The notes under the pieces are model-generated. The model saw only the letters and a list, made by a program, of their open reading frames with translations, was not told the DNA's origin and ran no database searches. This document shows positions 58,774-64,000 of a DNA stretch of 64,000 bases, piece after piece. The translations under genes and the position numbers were made by a program. Source of the stretch: Fibrobacteria bacterium (lineage in GTDB: Bacteria > Fibrobacterota > Fibrobacteria > UBA11236 > JADFYW01); assembly GCA_050294405.1 (NCBI GenBank), contig JBNKOC010000012.1:576001-640000 (forward strand), in the 5' to 3' direction. How positions within the stretch are numbered: position 1 is the first letter of the stretch; every line of letters starts with the position of its first letter.

Positions 58774-59787
58774 ATGGAGCTGGATTGGAAAAGCCTGGGC
58801 TTTCAATATTTGCCAACAAATGGCTACGTGGAATCCAATTATGAAAATGGCAGTTGGTCTGCGCCTAAATTTGTGGCCAGCCAAACCATGGAAATGCATG
58901 TGGCTGCCAATGTGTTGCATTATGGGCAAGCATGTTTTGAAGGGTTAAAGGCCTTCGCTCACAAGTCGGGCAAAACTTTTATCTTCCGCCCAGATAAAAA
59001 CTGGGAAAGGCTCACTCGTTCTGCCCAGCGCATATGTATGGTATCCCCTCCAGAAGAGCTTTTTTTGGAATCCTGTAAAATTTGTATTGAAAACAATCAG
59101 GAATACATTCCTCCCTATGGCACAGGGGCCAGCTTGTACCTGCGCCCTCTGTTAATCGGGACTCAGCCCACCATTGGCTTAAACCCTTCCAACAGCTACA
59201 AATTTTTAATGATGGTAACTCCCGTTGGCCCTTATTATAAAACGGGCTTTTTGCCGGTTAAATCTTTGATTATTGAAGATTTTGACAGGGCTGCTCCCGG
59301 TGGAACGGGCCAGGCTAAAGTTGCGGGAAATTATGCCGCAGGTTTGCTGCCGGGTATCCATGCCCGTGACAAAGGTTATCCCATAGCTCTTTTTACCGAT
59401 GCCAAGGAACACAAATATATCGATGAATTCGGCACCTCCAATTTTGTAGGACTCACTTCCGACAAAAAGTACATTACGCCGGATTCCCCCTCAATCTTAA
59501 AGAGCATTACCAATTTGACCCTTCAGGAAATCGCCGTGGACGAGGGTTTCAGCATAGAAAACAGGCCTATCGCCATTGAGGAACTGGACCAATTTGAAGA
59601 AGTGGGTGCCTGTGGAACCGCAGCCATTATTACCCCCATATACAGCATTCGTCGTGGCGATAAGGAATGGACTTTTGGCAAACCAGACCAGGCAGGAAAA
59701 TACTTAAGCCTTCTGTATGAAAAATTACAAGGTATCCAATACGGGGAAATTCCCGATAGCAAAGGCTGGCTTTTCCCAGCAATTTGA
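58774..59787 (+). CDS. ilvE: Branched-chain amino acid aminotransferase
   Basis: LHYGQACFEGLKA, KVAGNYA, CGTAA. Confidence 0.96.
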   Translation: MELDWKSLGFQYLPTNGYVESNYENGSWSAPKFVASQTMEMHVAANVLHYGQACFEGLKAFAHKSGKTFIFRPDKNWERLTRSAQRICMVSPPEELFLESCKICIENNQEYIPPYGTGASLYLRPLLIGTQPTIGLNPSNSYKFLMMVTPVGPYYKTGFLPVKSLIIEDFDRAAPGGTGQAKVAGNYAAGLLPGIHARDKGYPIALFTDAKEHKYIDEFGTSNFVGLTSDKKYITPDSPSILKSITNLTLQEIAVDEGFSIENRPIAIEELDQFEEVGACGTAAIITPIYSIRRGDKEWTFGKPDQAGKYLSLLYEKLQGIQYGEIPDSKGWLFPAI

Positions 59788-59836
59788 GTTTTTCCGGGAT
59801 TCCAGTTAGTTTTAATCCCACTAAGGGAAAATTATC

Positions 59837-61471
59837 ATGGCTCCAAAAATAAAAATCTACGACACCACCTTAAGGGATGGTAACCAGGCTAAAGGTCTTA
59901 ATTTATCGCTGGAAGATAAACTCAGCATTGCGAAATTATTGGATGATTTTGGAATGGATTACATTGAAGGAGGCTGGCCCAATGCCACCAATCCTCTGGA
60001 TATGGAATTCTTTGAACGTGCCCATAACATGGAATGGAAAAATGCCAAAATTTCCGCTTTTGGTATGACCCGGCGTCCCAATCGCTCGGCTTCTAAAGAT
60101 CCTTTTTTAGGTTTTCTTGTGGAGAGTAAAGCCCCCGTACTTACCATTTTTGGGAAATCCTGGGATTTACATGTTGAAAAGATTTTGAAGTGTAGTTTGG
60201 AAGAAAATTTAATGATGATTGAGGATTCTATTGCATACCTCAAAGAAAATGCGGAAGAAGTTTTTTACGACGCCGAGCATTTTTTTGATGGATACCTTAA
60301 CAATCCCGAATACGCGCTTAAAACATTAGAAGCCGCTAAAAAAGGTGGAGCCGACTGCATAGTATTGTGCGATACGAATGGGGGTATGGGGCTTTCCTGG
60401 GAAGTGGAAAAAATTGTTAGCAAAGTTAAAAAAGAATTAAAATGCCCCATTGGCATACATACCCATAACGATACAGGAGCTGCAGTTTCCAATTCTTTAG
60501 CCGCCGTTAAAGGCGGTGCTGAACAGGTGCAGGGCACCATTAACGGTTATGGAGAACGCTGCGGAAACGCGAATCTCACTACTATAATCCCCAGTTTGCA
60601 ATTAAAATTGGGCAAGGATATTGTGCCTCCTGAAAAGCTAAAAGGGCTAAAATCTCTTTCTTTAAGTGTTAGTGAAATTGCCAATCTGGCTGAAGACATC
60701 CGCCAACCCTATGTTGGTGAAGCTGCTTTTTCCCATAAAGGGGGAGCCCATATCGATGGAGTAATTAAGGTAACCCGCAGTTTTGAACATATTGAGCCCG
60801 AATCTGTAGGCAATAAAAGGGATTTTATTGTTTCCAACCAAAGCGGCAGCGGCTTGGTTTTAGACAAGATCAAAAAGATAAAGCCCGAGGCTACTAAAAA
60901 AGATCCTGAAGTAATGGAAATATTAGAGACGCTTAAAAAAATGGAAGAAGATGGCTACCATTTTGAAGTGGCTGATGGCAGTTTTCAATTGCTGGCCCGT
61001 CAGAAATTCGGGATGATTGAAAATAAATTCAAAGTTAAATCTTACCGTGTTATTGAGGAACATCGGGAATCGGGTTCCATATATTCAGAAGCCACAGTGA
61101 AACTGAATGTAGGTCGCAAGACCGCCTATACAGTGGCTGAAGGCTCAGGCCCGGTGGATGCAATGGCTGAGGCTTTAAGAAAGGGTTTAACTCCATTTTT
61201 CCCAAGCCTGGAAAGCCTGGAACTGGAAGATTTTAAAGTCAGAGTTTTGGAAAGTGGCAATGGCACAGCAGCTAAGGTTCGGGTATGGATTCGTTTTCGG
61301 GATACTGCCCATAATGATAACACTGGCTGGGGAACTATTGGCGTCTCTGAAAATATTATTGAGGCCTCTTGGAAAGCCTTATTAGATGGGATTAATTACA
61401 AACTTTTAATTTTGGACCCAAGCTTAGAGGAAGATAAACTTCTGGATGCTCCTGTCTATGCCAAAGCTTAA
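59837..61471 (+). CDS. cimA: Citramalate synthase
   Basis: DTTLRDG, GKSWDLHV, DAEHFFDG, HTHND, GYGERCGNA. Confidence 0.92.
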   Translation: MAPKIKIYDTTLRDGNQAKGLNLSLEDKLSIAKLLDDFGMDYIEGGWPNATNPLDMEFFERAHNMEWKNAKISAFGMTRRPNRSASKDPFLGFLVESKAPVLTIFGKSWDLHVEKILKCSLEENLMMIEDSIAYLKENAEEVFYDAEHFFDGYLNNPEYALKTLEAAKKGGADCIVLCDTNGGMGLSWEVEKIVSKVKKELKCPIGIHTHNDTGAAVSNSLAAVKGGAEQVQGTINGYGERCGNANLTTIIPSLQLKLGKDIVPPEKLKGLKSLSLSVSEIANLAEDIRQPYVGEAAFSHKGGAHIDGVIKVTRSFEHIEPESVGNKRDFIVSNQSGSGLVLDKIKKIKPEATKKDPEVMEILETLKKMEEDGYHFEVADGSFQLLARQKFGMIENKFKVKSYRVIEEHRESGSIYSEATVKLNVGRKTAYTVAEGSGPVDAMAEALRKGLTPFFPSLESLELEDFKVRVLESGNGTAAKVRVWIRFRDTAHNDNTGWGTIGVSENIIEASWKALLDGINYKLLILDPSLEEDKLLDAPVYAKA

Positions 61472-62753
61472 CCCCGAACTGATAAGCATTACAACTGTAA
61501 AAAAGTTAAACCACCCGGAAGTGCAAAAAATTACAGGCCGGGGTTTAACTGCGTCGCCTAAAATTGAACAGGCTGTAAAAAAAATATTAGTGGATATTCA
61601 AAAAAACGGCCACGCGGCTGTTTTAAAATACGCAAAAAATTTTGATGGCCTAAAAGGAAACCTTAGGCTTTCCAAAGCGAAAATTGCAGCTCAGGCTGGA
61701 AAATGTCCGGGGGATGTTCAAAAGGCTATTAAAACATCCATAAAAAATGTGCGGGCCTTTCACAAAAAACAGCAAGAGCAAAGCTGGGCCTTTAAAGATG
61801 TGTATGGAAATATTTTGGGACAGCGCATACATCCACTCAGCCGTGTGGGCTTATATGTTCCTGGAGGAGCTGGGGTGTACCCTTCTTCGGTAATCATGAA
61901 CGCGGTACCGGCCCAGGTGGCCGGAGTGGCTGAAATTGTAGCAGTTACCCCTGTTAAAGGCCAATTACATCCAGCGGTAGCCTTTGCTCTTTTTCAATTA
62001 GGCATAGAAGAGGTCTATCAAATTGGCGGAGCCCAGGCAGTGGGTATGTTAGCTTTTGGAAGCTCCAAAGTGAAGGCCGTGGATAAAATTGTAGGCCCCG
62101 GAAACAGCTATGTTGCTTATGCCAAAAAAGAGGTGTTTGGCTATGTGGATATAGACATGGTAGCTGGTCCCTCGGAAATTTTAATCTTGGCCGACGATAG
62201 CGCCGATCCCGATTGGGTGGCTGCGGATTTACTCTCCCAGGCTGAGCACGGCAGCGGGGATGAGGCGGCTATTTTAATCACCACTTCAAAAAATTTTGCT
62301 TTAATGGTTCGGGAGTGTTTGGCCCAACAGGTGGAAAATTCCCCTAAGTCCTCGATTCTCAAAAAAAGCCTCCATAAATTCGGAAAAATTTTTGTGGTTC
62401 CCGACTTGAAATTCGGCTGCGAGCTTGCCAATACAGTTGCTCCCGAACACATGGAGCTTATGGTGCGTCAATCTCAAAAGTGGGTCCCCTTGCTTAAAAA
62501 TATTGGGGCACTTTTTGAAGGCCCATACTCCTCCGAGCCCATTGGCGATTACATTGCAGGGCCCAACCATGTATTGCCCACCAGCGGTTCTGCGCGTTTT
62601 TACTCACCTTTGGGGGTGTATGATTTTTACAAGCGCTCCAGCTACATCCGCTATTCTCAGGCGGGGTTTAAAAAGGTGGCTCGACAGGTTGTAGATTTAG
62701 CAGAAGCGGAAGGGTTTATCCACCATGCCGATGCTGTAAAGCGGCGCATGTGA
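61458..62753 (+). CDS. hisD: Histidinol dehydrogenase
   Basis: GLYVPGG, IDMVAGPSE, SQAEHG, APEH, GPNHVLPT. ATG 61458. Confidence 0.97.
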   Translation: MPKLNPELISITTVKKLNHPEVQKITGRGLTASPKIEQAVKKILVDIQKNGHAAVLKYAKNFDGLKGNLRLSKAKIAAQAGKCPGDVQKAIKTSIKNVRAFHKKQQEQSWAFKDVYGNILGQRIHPLSRVGLYVPGGAGVYPSSVIMNAVPAQVAGVAEIVAVTPVKGQLHPAVAFALFQLGIEEVYQIGGAQAVGMLAFGSSKVKAVDKIVGPGNSYVAYAKKEVFGYVDIDMVAGPSEILILADDSADPDWVAADLLSQAEHGSGDEAAILITTSKNFALMVRECLAQQVENSPKSSILKKSLHKFGKIFVVPDLKFGCELANTVAPEHMELMVRQSQKWVPLLKNIGALFEGPYSSEPIGDYIAGPNHVLPTSGSARFYSPLGVYDFYKRSSYIRYSQAGFKKVARQVVDLAEAEGFIHHADAVKRRM

Positions 62754-62874
62754 TTTTTTTTATCTTCCTGTAAGAATTTAGGCCCTTTCTTTTAAAAAAA
62801 TCATCTAAATCCAATAAAAATCATTTGAATTCTTGAAAGCTGGAATCATTTGATGTAATTTTCAGGCCGATTTT

Positions 62875-62949
62875 CGGGGCGTAGCTCAGTCTGGCTAGAG
62901 CACCACGTTTGGGTCGTGGGGGTCGTTGGTTCGAATCCAGTCGCCCCGA
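62875..62949 (+). tRNA. tRNA-Pro (TGG)
   Basis: Cloverleaf: acceptor CGGGGCG/CGCCCCG, D stem GCTC/GAGC, anticodon stem CCACG/CGTGG around TT-TGG-GT, TTCGAAT T loop. CCA not encoded. Confidence 0.96.
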
Positions 62950-63486
62950 TATTTCCCTTACTCAGGCCGTTCTTTTAAAAATTTGCCTGTATTGTTCTCG
63001 TCGCAGTGAAGAACCACAGTTCCTCGAACGGCTTTGATAAATTTTCCGATCCAGCCCTTAAAAGAAAAAGTTAAAAGTTTGATTATATTCGAACCAACGG
63101 GGGGAAGTATGGTTCGACAAAAATCCAGGAAGGATTTTTGCGATTGGTTCGCAGAACCAACCCGTAGGGCAAGGAACAGGAAGTTCCGCAGTCCATCCAG
63201 TCGCCCCGATTTTTCGCTTCCTTATACTCTTCCTTTTGTGATTTGCCTGTATTGTTTTCGTCGCAGTGGAAAACCACAGTTCCACATGCGGCTTAGGTAA
63301 ATTGCCCGATTTGGTTCTTGATAGAGGAAGTTAAAAGTTTGATAATATTCAAACCTATTGTGCAAAATTCTTTTGACAAAAATTCCAAAAATTTTGGCTG
63401 TATGATTTTTAAAAAGCAATTCTCGTTTTCCCTCAAAATGGGGCAACTTTTATTGACCCTCATGGATAACGATTGCCCCGATATTT
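62935..63486 (+). repeat. Degenerate ~260-bp tandem repeat starting at the tRNA-Pro 3' end
   Basis: ATCCAGTCGCCCCGAT at 62935 and 63195; ATTTGCCTGTATTGTT..CCACAGTTCC at 62981 and 63241; AAGTTAAAAGTTTGAT in both units; GCCCCGATATTT again at 63475. Confidence 0.85.
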
Positions 63487-63618
63487 AAATTTAATTTGCC
63501 ACTGGCCTACCATTTCTAAAAAAGCTTTTTACATTTGGATAAATCATAAAAAACGGTCAGATACAACTGATTTTTTGTACAAAACCTAAGTGATGTTGTG
63601 ATTTAACCCCAAGGCAAA

Positions 63619-64000
63619 ATGACTCTATTTAAAATTAAAAAGGGAAGGAATTTGCCAATACAAGGCAAGCCTGAGCTCTTTGTAGAAACCGCCAAGCCTT
63701 CCGAAAAATTCGCCATACTTCCCACGGATTTTGAGGGCGTAAAATTTAAGGTGGAAACCCAGGAAGGTGCGATTGTTAAAGTTGGCAGTCCCCTTCTTTC
63801 AAACCGGGCCAATCCCGATATGTATTTTACAGCGCCTGCAGGCGGTAAGGTATTGGAAATCAAAAGGGGAAAGCAGCGCAAACTTTTAGAAGTGATTATC
63901 GAAAAAAGCGATAATGAAGAGTTTGAAGAATTTAAAAGTTTTTCAGCTGCGGATTTAAAAGCAGCAAGCGCAGACGATATCCAAAAAGAGTTGTTGCGCT
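63619..64000 (+). CDS. nqrA: Na(+)-translocating NADH-quinone reductase subunit A (partial, runs off the window)
   Basis: Hand translation MTLFKIKKGRNLPIQGKP..EGAIVKVGSPL..FTAPAGGKVLEIKRGKQRKLLEVII. Confidence 0.9.
   Translation, partial: MTLFKIKKGRNLPIQGKPELFVETAKPSEKFAILPTDFEGVKFKVETQEGAIVKVGSPLLSNRANPDMYFTAPAGGKVLEIKRGKQRKLLEVIIEKSDNEEFEEFKSFSAADLKAASADDIQKELLR

Noticed and set aside
63034..63881. Short track ORFs downstream of the tRNA
   Set aside because: They overlap the non-coding repeat or are antisense to nqrA, and show no recognisable protein features.

Overview
Bacterial chromosomal window, probably Fibrobacterota or another FCB-group organism (inferred from several secreted proteins with T9SS-type C-terminal sorting domains plus a PorV/PorQ-like barrel). 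(1) 0.1-23.2 kb is the highlight: a RiPP-like locus with two radical SAM/SPASM enzymes, a stand-alone PqqD/RRE, an HPr-kinase-like P-loop protein, a soluble S24/S26 peptidase and a methyltransferase. These adjoin an export/surface operon: PQQ-like propeller with CTD, PorV-like barrel, GH-like protein, two paralogous ~1,900-aa DNRLRE/Ig/FN3/propeller proteins and an FG-GAP lipoprotein. A 51-aa candidate precursor missed by the ORF track lies at 15824-15979 (MKDLGKHKKKLKYEAPKVESEAIYEQSALA|CGKCLTTNTHQAACSKSPTTS). (2) 23.4-33.3 kb: tyrS, a dsbB/dsbA pair, two secreted CTD proteins, two long cNMP-binding proteins and rpsP-rimM-trmD-rplS. (3) 33.3-53.0 kb: about 20 kb of accessory DNA between rpsP and ffh, with an esterase, AraC, a tyrosine/homogentisate catabolic operon, an FAD monooxygenase, ada/alkA-ogt and a partly decayed defence islet (PD-(D/E)XK nuclease, frameshifted HTH, McrC remnant, intact TIGR04255-led three-gene module). 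(4) 53-64 kb: ffh, a MaoC-SDR fusion, ilvC-leuB-ilvE-cimA-hisD, tRNA-Pro(TGG) followed by a 260-bp tandem duplication with a covarying hairpin, and the start of nqrA. All family calls come from motif recognition by eye; no searches were run.
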